Positions 18,887-31,940 of a DNA stretch of 64,000 nt are shown piece by piece. Positions within the stretch are counted from its first letter, which is position 1, and each line of letters starts with the position of its first letter. The notes under the pieces were generated by a model. That model searched no databases. It was not told the origin of the DNA and saw nothing but the letters and a program-made list of their open reading frames with translations. The DNA is from Eledone cirrhosa. Its lineage: Eukaryota. The position numbers and the translations under genes were made by a program. Where the stretch lies: positions 43,276,001 to 43,340,000 of the forward strand of contig OZ024745.1 of NCBI GenBank assembly GCA_964016885.1. Reading direction: 5' to 3'.

Positions 18887-19082
18887 TAGAAGAATTGTTA
18901 GAGCGCTGGGCATTTAGTTACGGTCATTTATGTTCTAAGTTCAAATCCCACTGAGGTCAACTTTGCCTTTCACTCTTCCGGGGTCCATAAAATATAGTAC
19001 CATTCAAAAACAGAAGTCACTATAATCGACTTCCCCCTTTCCCCCGAATTGCTGGCCTTGAGCCGAACTTCGAAACCATTAT
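18887..19082 (+). mobile_element. Diverged SINE copy
   Basis: GTTCAAATCCCACTGAGGTCAACTTTGCCTTTCA core. Confidence 0.7.
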
Positions 19083-19280
19083 TTTCTACCAATTTTATCA
19101 TATTTTACAAACTTTTGTCAACTCGATTTATAATTCGATATATCAGGTTATATATACATATTTATTTTACCTTTTATTATTGAGCACTCTCATGTCAATG
19201 GGAGATTAAATTATACTATATATACATGCAAAAGTTCTATTTAAATTGTTGGGATACAACAAGCAAATATTATTATAACT

Positions 19281-19463
19281 GGTGGATTGGCAGTATTGGT
19301 AGAGGGTCGGACACCATGCTTTGTAGCATAGAGTTACCTCCCTTTATGATCTGAGTTCAAATCCCGCCGAGGTTAACTTTACCTTTAATCCTTACAGGGT
19401 CGATAAAATAAAGTACCAGTAATGCACTGGGTAATTTATGGCCTTGTGCCAAAAGTAGAAACA
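19281..19463 (+). mobile_element. tRNA-derived SINE with TSD ATTATTATAACT
   Basis: Full SINE consensus flanked by a 12-bp direct repeat. Confidence 0.9.
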
Positions 19464-19523
19464 ATTATTATAACTGATATATATAAACTGATATATAAAG
19501 CACTCGACAAATATTTGGAGTAG

Positions 19524-20037
19524 ATATACAATATTAATAAATGGAAACTATATTTATAAAACCATATTTATTTCATTATATATATTTCAAGGATACCAAG
19601 TTAAATCATGGTATGCCTTCATCAGACAAAATACAATATATAACAGTTTTACAAATAGATATTGACGTACCCTTTCAAAAAGGTGACCGTTGTTTTTGGA
19701 GGCCATCCGGATAGTGGTTTGTTTACTTTAGTAAGTCATAGTGTTAAGAGTAAGTAAAAAGATGGAGAGAGAAACGTGGAGAAACGTGGAGAAAAGAAAG
19801 GGAAAGATAGATAAAGAAAAAAGAAGAAAGCAAAAAGAAAAGAGAACAGAGGAAAAATAACGGGGAGATATCAAAAACATCAGACAGAGAAAGAACTCAA
19901 GAGAGAGATATGTAGAGATATATATTGTATTTTGTCTGATGAAGGCATACCATGATTTAACTTGGTATCCTTGAAATATATATAATGAAATAAATATGGT
20001 TTTATAAATATAGTTTCCATTTATTAATATTGTATAT
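19524..20037. repeat. Inverted repeat (119-bp arms) of a PLE terminal repeat
   Basis: 19524-19642 is the reverse complement of 19919-20037, with a purine-rich 276-bp spacer. Confidence 0.9.
19925..19995 (+). ncRNA. Minimal type I hammerhead ribozyme (mirror copy on - at ~19566-19636)
   Basis: CTGATGA at 19936-19942, stem II AGGCATACCA/TGGTATCCTT, GAAA at 19973-19976, then palindromic TATATATA. Stem I is weak and AU-rich. Confidence 0.65.
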
Positions 20038-20049
20038 ATATATATATAT

Positions 20050-21893
20050 TGTTATACTTTGGGAGGGCTATGTTGCCAATAAGAAACACACGCACCAGTT
20101 GCTTTCACTTCAATTTATTATAATAAATTTATAAATTTAGGAATTTATAAATTTCCGGTTGGTTGGTTGGTTCCACAACCAGATGGTTGTTTATATATTG
20201 TCAAAGTTCTTTCGTCACACATTCTGTGACCTCTTCAGTGACTGGGGATTCTTTTCTTTGTTTTTTGTGCCTCTCCTTTGTTCTGTCCTACGCCATCTTG
20301 TTTGTGTGTGTGTTGTGTGCTTAGTTTGCGCATGTGTTACATCCGGGTGTCTGTGTGTGTTTATATTCGTTTATTTATTTGTTTATTTACATGTTACTGG
20401 TTGGTTGTTTGTTCTATGTGCGTGTGTGTTTTCATTTTGTCCTTAATTGTAAGTTGTGATGTTGCTGTTCCACTCATGTTTTCTATTTAATTTTGGTTGT
20501 AATTCATTTATGTTTATTGCCTCTGTGATTTGCGTCTTTTCTGTGTGTAAATTCTATTTTTATTTCTATGTTCTCTAATTTACCTTTATGTTCTATTTTA
20601 GCATGTTGGTAGAGTACAGATGATTCTTTACTATCTTGAAGGTCTCGCCAGTATTCATTTATCCGTTCCCCTATACTACGAGCTGTCTCACCTATGTACA
20701 CTATATTTTTATCTGTACATTGTCCTTCAGTACATCTTATGCTATATACTACATTTCTAGTTTTACAGTTAATATGGGGGCTTAATTTACAGATTATACA
20801 TTTCTTATCTATACAGGGAGGTCTTTGAAAAGGGTATGTCTTGCTAATAAGTGTTTTTATGGAGGTACCTGGTCTTTCTACTATCTTAATATTGAGTTTA
20901 TGTTTATCTAGGGCCCTTCTAAATTTATAAGCTAATTCACCTCTAGGGGTTGTATCAATGAACATTACACTCTGGTATTTATTGCTATCATACCATGAGT
21001 TTATTCTATTAACCTTATTCCTAGTTCTTTCTATTCTATTCCAAAATTTGCTCCTATACAAGGGGCAGGTCCCATTTGTGTCATTATTTACCATTTTTTC
21101 CCATTTGGTTCTGGCTCCTCTATACACTCTGATTTTATCTCTCTGATTGTAACCAGAGAACTGCATACGGTGGATGAAGTGTTGTATGTGTCTCTCTAGT
21201 TCTTCGGGGTTGCACATGCGGGAAACGTTTCTCATCACCCGTACCAAATCCGCAATCAGTATGTTGATTTTGGTATGGTCCGAAACAGCTGAGTTTCGGT
21301 GGATCCGATATTTGGAAGTCATGGGTTTGGCATAATGGGAATGGAGGATTTTTTTGTTGTTATTAATGGTATCTAACCAGAGCTCTGTGTCTAGTACAGG
21401 TTATCGATGGTTGGGGTGTTTGCTTGGGCAGTCTATAGTAATTCTAATACTCTGCTGGATGGAGTTAGCTATTTGCTGGATGCTTTCCATTGTTTTTCTC
21501 TAATTCCTGACTGTTCTCTAGTGGGGTGTTTTAACTACGATGTTTATATCATCAACGTAGCGGGAGTACATTATCAGGGTTAAGGGGTCTTCTAATTGTT
21601 CTTTAAGTTTAAGTCTACTGTCCCACCATACCATGAATAGGTTAGCTATGTCGCCTGCAATGCTAATACCAATGGCTGCTCCCTCCTCTTGGGCATATGT
21701 TTTGCCATTAAATTTGAACATATGTTCCTTAAGGGTTAATTTTATGCTGGCCCCCACCGCATGTGCAATCATTTTCTTTAGTTCATCGTGGTTTTCGGGG
21801 GTCCGTATGGCTCTGGTCCACCCATTCCATCTATCTGTGTGGGTTTTCTTGGCCATTGAGGTAATGGTAGGTGGTCTGCCTAATTCAGAAACG
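20050..21893 (-). mobile_element. Penelope-like element, 5'-truncated at (TA)n
   Basis: RT motifs GAAIG..IANLFM and YSRYVDDI, Zn-like C..C..C, GIY-YIG NVVYSIRC...VYIGETARS..ER. A hammerhead lies in the 3' terminal repeat. Confidence 0.88.
20200..20242 (-). ncRNA. Minimal type I hammerhead ribozyme
   Basis: Minus strand reads GTCA CTGAAGA G GTCACA GAATG TGTGAC GAAA GAAC TT TGAC. Stem I is GTCA/TGAC and stem II is GTCACA/TGTGAC. Confidence 0.72.
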
Positions 21894-23004
21894 AAATATA
21901 TATATATATATATATATATATTGTTCCGATATATATATATACACACACAAAAGTAAATGAGGTAAAACAACATAGGAGAACGATGGGGATATATAATAGT
22001 TTAACGCGTTATATAGTAAGGAAAATGTATTAACGTTTTAGACGTTAGTCTTTTATTAGAAGAAGAATTAGAAAAATAGTCGTGAGTAAGAAGTGGAAGA
22101 AACGGAAATTTTATTTTTACAATAGGAAAATACGTGTCTGGATTTTACCTGGACCTCTTCAGACCACAGGGTATTTTCACTGATTTATACACACGAAGCC
22201 AAATTTTGTTCATTTTCAAGAAAAGTCGCTAATAGTTATTTTTGAAGTCTTCTTTAAACAGTCAGATGTCAGTTTACCTGGAAAGAAACAATGAAGTTAT
22301 TAATAAGAATAGTTGAAACTAATGCATGCAATATTTCACAGCTCTAGCACCACTTCTTCCTAGTCAGACTATGAACTTTTCAGCCCACCCTCGTATGTTT
22401 GTTGTATTTAGCTGTTGAGCAGATTTGTATAAGAAAAAAAAAAAGTATAATGCTCGTGATACAGTGTGAACTAAGATACCCGCCAAAAAGTCTCTGGTGC
22501 GAAAGATTTTTTTTATTGTAGTTATAATTTAAACTTTAATTATATTTAACTGAGTAATTATATTTTGTGTGGTGTGTTTTGGTTAATTTAGTCTCGTAGG
22601 TTGTTGCTAGGTAAGGTTGTGTAAGGGAAAATTACATACATAGTATCATGCTTCCGATACTGAGTAGAAAGGTCTTTGGTTTTCTCTTGTTAGGATTACG
22701 TAGCCATGACTCGGCAGAAATTAGATATTGAGGGCATTTGAGGCCTGACAAAGTTCGTCCTCTTAGTACCGGTATAGCGGATGGGTATAAACTTTTATAC
22801 CCATTTTATTCAATTGGGTAATCACATCTGCCTATACAATCTCAAATATAGATTAAAATAAAATATGTTCGTGCAAGGGGAATTACCACACTTGGCTTTA
22901 TAAAGACGAACAGTTTTCGATATACGGACCTTATCGGTTTGTAACTACGGTTACGCACATATGCATACGCATCGATTCAAAGCAAATTGCACGTACCTCT
23001 CTGT

Positions 23005-23175
23005 ACCGGTAGAGGGTCGAACGCTGTGCTTTGCAGCATAGTTACGTCCCTTTACGGACTGAGTTCAAATCCCGCCGAGGTTAACTTTACCTTTCATCCT
23101 TACGGGGTCGATAAAATAAAGTACCAGTAATGCACTGGTAATTTGCTGGCCTTGTGCCAAATGTAGAAACAATTA
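23005..23175 (+). mobile_element. tRNA-derived SINE
   Basis: Matches the SINE consensus. Confidence 0.85.
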
Positions 23176-23323
23176 TAATGTACGGTATTCTGGCGGAGTT
23201 ACTGCCCTTTGTTTAGAGTCACGCATACATGCTAAGAGTATGAAATTTTTATATAAACTAAATAATCCCTCTTGTACTAGGTTGTGCATTGTTTTCCTTG
23301 GCCTTTTATCCACAGGTATCCTG

Positions 23324-23860
<537 letters not shown>

Positions 23861-24098
23861 AAAGTGTTTCCGTAGGAAAGGTAAAGGAAATGAGAGTGCT
23901 CTATGTAAGCTACAGAGCTAAATATATATATGTATATATATATACATACAAAGGTCGACTGAAACCCTTGTCAGTTTACCTGGAAAGTATACAGTTATTA
24001 ATAAGAGTTGAAATTAGTATATGCAAGATTCCACATCTCTAGCATCACTTCTTCATAGTCAGCCTATGAACCTTTCAGACCACCCTATCCCCCCCCCC

Positions 24099-24173
<75 letters not shown>

Positions 24174-24316
24174 AAATAGGAGTAGTCGTTTTATGTAGGT
24201 TAAATCACGTTTGTGTAAAATGAATATGCGAAACATATGTCGCCACTCCCATTTCTTCTAATGACTTACTAACACATTCCATTGGTTACTTTAAATTTTT
24301 TGTTTCCTCATTAATT

Positions 24317-24495
24317 TGGCAGTATCGGTAGAGGGTCGGACGCCATGCTTTGACGCATAGAGTTACGTCCCTTGCCATTCTGAGTTCAAATCCCGCCGAG
24401 GTTAACTTTGCCTTTCATCCTTACGTGGTCGATAAAATAAAGTACCAGTAATGTACTGGGTAATTTCTGGCCTTGTGCCAATAGTAGAAACAATT
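24317..24495 (+). mobile_element. tRNA-derived SINE
   Basis: Matches the SINE consensus. Confidence 0.88.
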
Positions 24496-27114
24496 AATTT
24501 ACATTCATGAAATGTGAGCATGTATATATATCTATATTTAATTATTTTAATTTTAAATTTGCATGGTTTTTATCTGATAAATATGACGATAAATACTTTG
24601 AGGATATGCCTGTCTGCATGATGGATTTACTATATTAACTCGACTTGGTCCACAACCTCTCTGATGAAATGCTAATGTAAAATATGCAATGTGAAATAGT
24701 GGATTATATAGCATATAATTTTTCAGCTCTCGTAGGTGATTGCACAATTGCAATGAAGATTGACTAAGTAAATATTTATATATCACGGTCAATGTGACGG
24801 GTTCAAAATGACACTAGAAATAGCTCACATATAACCCATCTATCAACTCAACAGTTAAGGAGTAGCCAATATCATACAGAAGGTTGTTCTTCATTAATAT
24901 ACAGAAATCATAAAAATATATCTTACTCAGAGGAGCATAGACATATAGAATATATAGACATAGCTCTCCTTAGGACCACAATGGGAGAGAAAGACCAAAG
25001 ATGATGAAATTTATGACGACCTCCTTCAGTTTTTACATGCTAGATGCAGGTGCAATATGTCAGTAACTGTTAAATAGGTTGCCCGTCTCAAGAATGGAAC
25101 AGCATCGTGTATTTCCATAGATTGAGATAGCTCTTTGTAGAGAGAAATATTTAGATGTTTGGTGAAGATATGAAATCAGTTAGAAACATATTGTTTGAGG
25201 ATAACGAAAAGAACATCGTCCGGATCAGTCGGATACATTTTCACACATGGTGGCTGTATATATATGGGATTAGGTGAGGTGAAGCGGGAAAGAATTTAAA
25301 ACGAGTATTGATGTGTGTGTGCGCAATGTTGCGTAAAACGAACAATGTATTTAGTATGCTGCAAGTTGCCGCCTACAGACCAATTTAGATTGAAAAGTGA
25401 ATGGTAAAAGAATTCTTCAATGCTAGAGAGAAAGCTGTGAGATGTACACGATCATTAATTGCTTTGCACATATCTAATTTTCAGGGCTTCAGTGGTAGTT
25501 AAACGCTACTCAGCTAATGAGTAAGTAAGCTGTTCGTGTTGTCATAAACAGTATTCTTCTCTTCTAAATTTTCAGTACATCTGAAGGAACAAGGGGATTG
25601 TGTAACGGCTATGGAACGACATACCTAGGACAATAGTATTGGTTATCCGCAAAGATATCTTGAATAACTGGTTATTATAACTTTGGTTACAACAGACACA
25701 TGTTAAAACTCAGTTCTTGGATATTGTGAAATTCATAGTTGGTAATACAAAATGCAGAAAATTCATTTTAAATATAAGGTAAAGTATATATTAGATAATG
25801 TATTTCTTTATCTATTTAGTTAGAGAGGGAAGGACAGTGTTGATAATATGTTCAGGACCTCTGCTACTAATGGGGTGGTGGGAGGTAGGAGGAAGTGTCC
25901 TTATACTACGGATCTGACCCGAATGTTTGCAACAGAGTGGACTCCATTAAAGGTATTCAAGCGTCAGGTAGTGTTGTTAAACCGGATGATGGATTAAATC
26001 GACCATCACTAAAACGATGGGATGGCCACAACTAGAATGTCTTTGATCGTTGGTTTGCTTAATCATGGTTAACAAACAATAACTAGACGAATCAACAAGA
26101 GATTCTCTGATTGATCTTTAAGCCTGAAAGAAATAACAATCAAATATACCTTAAATACCACGCTACAATCTAAAAAAAGCCAGAAAACAATGTCTGAAGT
26201 AAAAGATGGGACGGCCTTGGCTGGAATGCCTTTGGTCATTATTTTGCTCAAACAAGAGTTGAAGAATCACAACTTAAATTATTGATTAACTCCCTTGTTG
26301 AGGTTGCTCATGCGATAGAGTAGTAGATTTTAGAATGCAAGGGGGACTACTATGAATAAATATTTTTTTTTTCAGCATTAAAAAACTCTCAGTTGTAAGA
26401 TTTAATTAATTTTAAGAATTGGATGTTTCTTTATGACGGGATGGTCATAACTAGAATGTCATAACTAAATTAGTAGACTGTATCAACAGATAAAATCGAT
26501 GGAAATTTCTTCTATTATTTCAGCTCAGTAAAAATTTGAGAATACTCAGAAGTATTAATTTTTAAAACAAGTTTGTATGTTTCAAACTAGTGTATAATTC
26601 GCAACAGATGACACTAATAACATCTGTTAGTGTTTTAACGACGAGTTGAGACTTTATATTCATCAAATGAGAGGCGGCATACGGTGTAGATTATTAGCCA
26701 GTAAAGTTTAATTAGATAAAGTTATTTTCGTTTATTCAAACTATTTCAATTTAACAACTGAGAAGAAAGAATGGGCATAGGGCGCGGCGGTAATGGGCTG
26801 CACCCTGCGGACAGATGAAGTGGTCTATAGGAAAGCATTTGTTATAATACTTTGCTAACAAGGCTCTGTGTATGAAGAAACATGTTGATGAACGATAATA
26901 ATGTACATACATACATGCATTCATACATACATATACCTACACACATACATGTCATAACTGTTCCTTTCATATTCGACAACCATGATGTGGCATGAAAAAA
27001 AGAAAGAAGAAAATTCTAAAATACCAAGAATTATCGGCAATTTATTTATTAAAGAAAAAAAAAACAAAAAAACACCCTTACCCATAGTCATGAATCTTTG
27101 GCAATGATCGAACG

Positions 27115-27870
27115 AATACGATTGTGAATACAAGCAGCTGAAATGGGGTTTCTCCGAAGAGTCGTTGGAGTAACGTTACTCGATTGAGTGCCTAGCTCGG
27201 AGATCAGAGAGTTGCTCCAGGTAGAACCACTACATCTCCGAATTGAGAGATCACAGCTCCGATATTAAGAACATGTTAGAATATCTCAGGAGAGAATCGC
27301 TGGACAGATTTTATGGGCAAAAACAACCGGCAGGAGACCAAGGGGCAGACCCCGAGCAAAATGGTTGGATAGCATCTATAAACTCGGCTGGTCTCGCTTG
27401 GGGATCCAGTTGGATAAAGAAGAAGAAGAAGAAGAAGAAGAAGAAGAAGAAGAAGAAGAAGAAGAAGAAGACGAAGACGAAGAAGAAGACGAAGAAGAAG
27501 AAGACGAAGACGAAGAAAAAGAAAAAGAAAAAAGAAAAAGAAGAAAAAGAAAAAGAAGAAGAAGAAGACGAAGAAGAAGAAGACGAAGACGAAGAAGAAG
27601 ACGAAGAAAAAGAAAAAGAAAAAGAAAAAGAAAAAGAAGAAGAAAAAGAAGAAGAAGAAGAAGAAGAAGAAGAAGAAGAAGAAGAAGAAGACGAAGACGA
27701 AGAAAAAGAAAAAGAAAAAGAAAAAGAAGAAAAAGAAAAAGAAGAAGAAGACGAAGAAGAAGAAGACGAAGAAGAAGAAGAAGACGAAGAAAAAGAAAAA
27801 GAAAAAGAAAAAGAAGAAGAAAAAGAAGAAGAAGAAGAAGAAGAAGAAGAAGAAGAAGAAGAAGAAGAAG
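27115..27870 (+). mobile_element. RTE LINE 3' end with expanded (GAA/GAC/AAA)n tail
   Basis: IQAAEMGFLRRVVG...SSEIRELLQVEPL..RIERSQLR remnant followed by a ~450-bp GAA-based tract at 27418-27870. Confidence 0.75.
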
Positions 27871-28160
27871 ATTTTGTTTGTTTGTGGCGTTTGAACGATT
27901 CGGGATGGGGGTAGCAGCTGACTGTTGGCAGCTTGCTGTACTGATGTATCAAATGATACTTGCAAGGGTGCTTGGCTATTCCAATGGCTTAGTCTCGTTG
28001 TCATCCATACCAATGACACAAGTGTGTTGGCTTGCCTCAACCATTATTAGGGAGAAACTCCAGCACCCCATGTTGTGGCGTATAAATGAGTGAGCCCCCC
28101 CCCCCCCCCACTGCTTAATTTTTTAAAGTTTGTTTCTTTTGTAGGTTATATTTATTACTC

Positions 28161-28312
28161 GGTGGATTGGCAATATCGGTAGAAGGCCGGACGCCATGCT
28201 TTGCAGCATAGAGTGTTACGGTCCGAGTTCAAATCCCGCCGTATTTACGGGGTCGATAAAATAAAGCACTGGGGGTAATTGCTGGCCTTGTGCCAAAGGT
28301 AGAAACAATTAT
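28161..28312 (+). mobile_element. SINE with internal deletions
   Basis: SINE head and tail match the consensus. Confidence 0.8.
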
Positions 28313-29548
28313 ATTATTACTTTTTTTAAAATAAAAAATAACTTTTTCATTTATCAATGAATTAAATACAAATAGTAAGATAATAGTTTCGTTGATGTTT
28401 GTCTCTCCTTTGATGTAAATAAGTGACATCACTCATACGTAACCTTTGAAGATGATACCTAATAAATAATGCTTATATCCTATCGCTCTCCTCATTTCAA
28501 TTTTAGTTTCTGATATGGTTGTCCAGAGTTGATGGGAAGAGGCTAAATGGTTTTACTCTTTCTCTCTGTAAAACCCTTTCGCCTGCCTTTTGTTGTATGT
28601 GGTCCTAGATGTATGTATTACCTGCTTGTGTGTTTTTATTCTTTTTTCCTTTTCCTTTTCTTCCTTTTTTCCCCCTCTTACTATTTGTAATATTATGTTG
28701 GGGGTTACGCCTTAATTTGGAATAAAGTCGTTTTTCATATTAAAGATTTTAAAGGGTTCGTATTTAAATAAAATAGAGCCAGCTGTCTTATTTATTACCT
28801 CATAGTTAGCGACTTTTTAAAACTCTTTCTCGCATTCTGGATGCTGCAGCGACGATAAGGGTCACGGTATCCATAGCCGGACCGAATAACATTCTAAAAT
28901 ACTGGGAATTATCGACAAACTATTTTTTTTTTAACTAGTGGCGTTTGGGGGAGTTGAACCGGTAACAACAAGGTTTTTGTCATTGTTGGTGGCTGGCCTT
29001 GTCGAGGTATCAGGTGATGCCTGCAAAGATGCTTGGTTATTCTAGCGTCTTAGCCACGCTAACAGACGCGGCAATATCACGGGTGTTAGCTTGCCTAAAA
29101 AATTATTAGAGGGACACTCCAGCGCCCACCGAGACATGTGACTGAGTGTGTGTTTTTTTCCTATTTTTCTAAGTATATAAATTCTGCTCATTTTCATGCA
29201 ATTAAAAACTTTAAACACTTTACGTGTTGTATGAAAAAAAGTACAATAAACAAAGGTTTTATATTTTTAAAACACAAAAGGTGGTGGATAAGCAAAGTCG
29301 TTAAAGCGTCGGTCAAATATTGTTCCGGCTCTTTACTTCAAATCCCAGCGAGTTCACGTTTGCCTTTCAGTCTTCCAATAAAATAAAGTAAAAATTAATT
29401 ACTGGGGTCAATTTAAACAAATTTTTCTCCTATAAAATTACTTTCTATGTGCATATATTAGAAATGATTTTTAGTACACCAGTTTTCTCCCTTGAATACA
29501 TTCCAACAAAATTGTCTCTAATCATTAAAGAGCTCTCGAGACAGCACA

Positions 29549-29674
29549 ATGGTGGGAGAAGTGAGAGAACGTGATCCAGCTTTCCGCGGAAATAAAATGA
29601 TGAAAAATGCTACTGTAGAATCGATGGTTGTTGAGGATAGCAAAGAACCTGAGAAACCGATCGACCGAGAAAAG
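29549..29674 (+). CDS. SAP18: SAP18 exon 1 (MVGEVRERDPAFRGNKMMKNATVESMVVEDSKEPEKPIDREK)
   Basis: KEPEKPIDREK matches the SAP18 N-terminus. GT donor at 29675. Alternative starts at 29597/29600. Confidence 0.9.
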
Positions 29675-30134
29675 GTATGTTTATTTAAAGATATCTTTAG
29701 ATTGTCATAAAATGTTTACCGGAATTATAACTTCATCTAGTTCCGTTCGATGCTCGTTTGTTTTGTTATGAAACTAGTAATCAATTTATTTATACTTTCA
29801 ATTTATTTATATTCAAAATTGTAATTAATGGATAATATTAGAAATAAAGTTAAGAGAGGGAATCTAAAATAACTTTTTACTTCGATATCATGATTTATTT
29901 TTATACTTACATAACAATATATAACAAACGTCTTTCAGCAGTCAGTTTAATAAAATATCTTTTTCTCCATTCAAAGTAATATTATTTTCATATATCTTTA
30001 ACATATATAAAATTTATTATATCTGCGTGGGAAAAGAATATCTATCGGTTTATTTGTTTACTTTGTCTCCGCCACATCTAAGTTTGTTGATATTTTAAAA
30101 AACTAATTATTTTATCAACTACTTTTTCTTTTAG

Positions 30135-30241
30135 ACGTGCCCTCTTTTGTTGAGGGTGTTCTGTAATACTGGTCGTCATCACCCTCTTAGTGAATATCTT
30201 AGAGGACAGACTCCATCCAACGAACTACAAATTTACACGTG
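30135..30241 (+). CDS. SAP18: SAP18 exon 2 (TCPLLLRVFCNTGRHH...NELQIYT/W)
   Basis: TTTTAG acceptor, GTAAGC donor, conserved TCPLLLRVF and ELQIYTW. Confidence 0.95.
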
Positions 30242-30679
30242 GTAAGCTTTTGTAATTAATTTTCTTCGATTCCCACTACTTTTATTGCAATCTTTTGTTT
30301 GAGATTCTTAAAATATTAAATTTGGAAAATAGCTTAAAAACGATTATCTGCCCCTTTATTATCAGTGGAAAACACTTAAGTTTATACAAAAAGAAATACA
30401 AATATTCTTGTGGTAAAACTAGTTGATCCTTCTTTACACATTTACAGACCACTTGATAAATATAACCCGTTCATGATGACATCTGATATTGGTACAAAAC
30501 CGCTTGTTTGTTGGGGATTAAATCGATCCCAGTTGTAGGACCTCCGTCGGTTTCATAACTGAGAGTTTAATCAACGAAACAGTCTGTTCAGGAAATTAAC
30601 GTAAAAGAGGTCGAGCATTCCTTAGTCATAATGTGTGTGTATATGCATGATGGTAAAGAGGAGGAAGGGAACGAACACA

Positions 30680-31380
30680 ACTGAAGGGTCCTCCTAACCG
30701 TTTATTTGGAAACCTTTCTATGGTTGGATGCCCTTCCTGTTACCAACCACTTTACAGTGCATACTGGGTATGTTTATCATGTAGACCAAACACTAGGGAG
30801 ATTGTCATGTCTTTGACATGACTGAGGGGTCTGCAGAACCTTTGTTTGACAAGCTTTCTATAGCTGGATGCCCTTCTTATCACCATCCACTTTACAGCGT
30901 GTATCACCACTGTTAAGCGTCCATTTTCCATGTTAGCATGGGTTAGACAGGCAAGTCGAGGTTGGATGACCATGTCTTGCTCATACAGAACCGATTTTGG
31001 CTTGGTTTCTACGGCTGGATGCTCTTCCTGATACTTACCACATTTACAGTGAGTACTAGGTGCTTTTTGTCGTGACACCTATACGACTACTTTACAGTGT
31101 GGGCTAGGTACTTTTTGTCATGTCACCATCACGACCACTTTACAGTGTGGGCTGGGTGAGTTTATCGTGTAGATCACCATCACAAGTGGGTGCTACCATG
31201 TGCTTGACACAACTGAAGAGACCTCCCAACCCTTTGTTGGGCAAGCTCTCTATGGCTAGATGCCCTTCCTATTACCAACAACTTTACAGCATGTTCTGGG
31301 TGTGTTTATCGTATTGATCACTAACACTAGAGAGGTTGCCACACTGGCATAACTGAAGGGTCCTCACAATCCCTTTTTCT
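30680..31380. repeat. Degenerate tandem array of a LINE/SINE-derived unit (GGCTGGATGCCCTTCC...ACCACTTTACAG) in SAP18 intron 2
   Basis: The motif recurs at about 30722, 30863, 31013 and 31254. The same motif occurs at 56300. Confidence 0.65.
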
Positions 31381-31545
31381 TTTTTTTTTAGGCTTGGTTT
31401 AGAATAGTTACATTATATCCCTGCATATTGTAAGAAATGACTAAAAATGTTGGTGTTAGGGAGGGTATCCTGTTGTAAAACTGCTTCAAAAAGTCCCATC
31501 TAATCTTTGCTAACATAACAACATTGATGTACATATGTATATATA

Positions 31546-31940
31546 TGAGGGTAATCCCAAAAGTAAGGTCTCCAAAGCGATGGGGACGCAGAGAAACTGT
31601 TCGTACGGCTGTTGGCAACACTGTTGTGATTGGTGCTTCTTTCACTCCCAAACAAGCATGCACGCGCTTTGCTGGGATGCTCAATCTTGGCTTGGCAGCT
31701 ATTGAGAATGGAGCTCCCATTGAACGCTACCGCCAAGTGCGAATTTTGCGCAGTTATTATATAGAGGGAAATCCCAAAAGTAAGGTCTCCTTCCAAGGAA
31801 AACATGCGTAAAGATCGGTGGATCACTCTGGATGCTCTCTGCATTTTGGTTCCTGAGCTTTCCCGAAGCACCATGCACAGGATTTTAACGGAAAAGTTGC
31901 AATATTGGAAGGAAAAACCTTACTTTTAGGATTATCCTCG
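31546..31940. mobile_element. Mariner-type MITE(s), TA-flanked, with duplicated left TIR
   Basis: TIR GAGGGTAATCCCAAAAGTAAGGT at 31547 and 31764. Inverted copy ACCTTACTTTTAGGATTATCCTCG ends at 31940 and is followed by TA. Confidence 0.7.

Noticed and set aside
22009-22950. Further hammerhead-like cores (about 22025-22062, 22130-22170, 22905-22945; also 54270-54300)
   Set aside because: Core nucleotides are mutated or GAAA is missing, so at best these are decayed PLE relics.
27243-28093. Long poly-K/E/R/F/S ORFs
   Set aside because: Artefacts of the GAA-based tail of an RTE element, which is stop-free in several frames.
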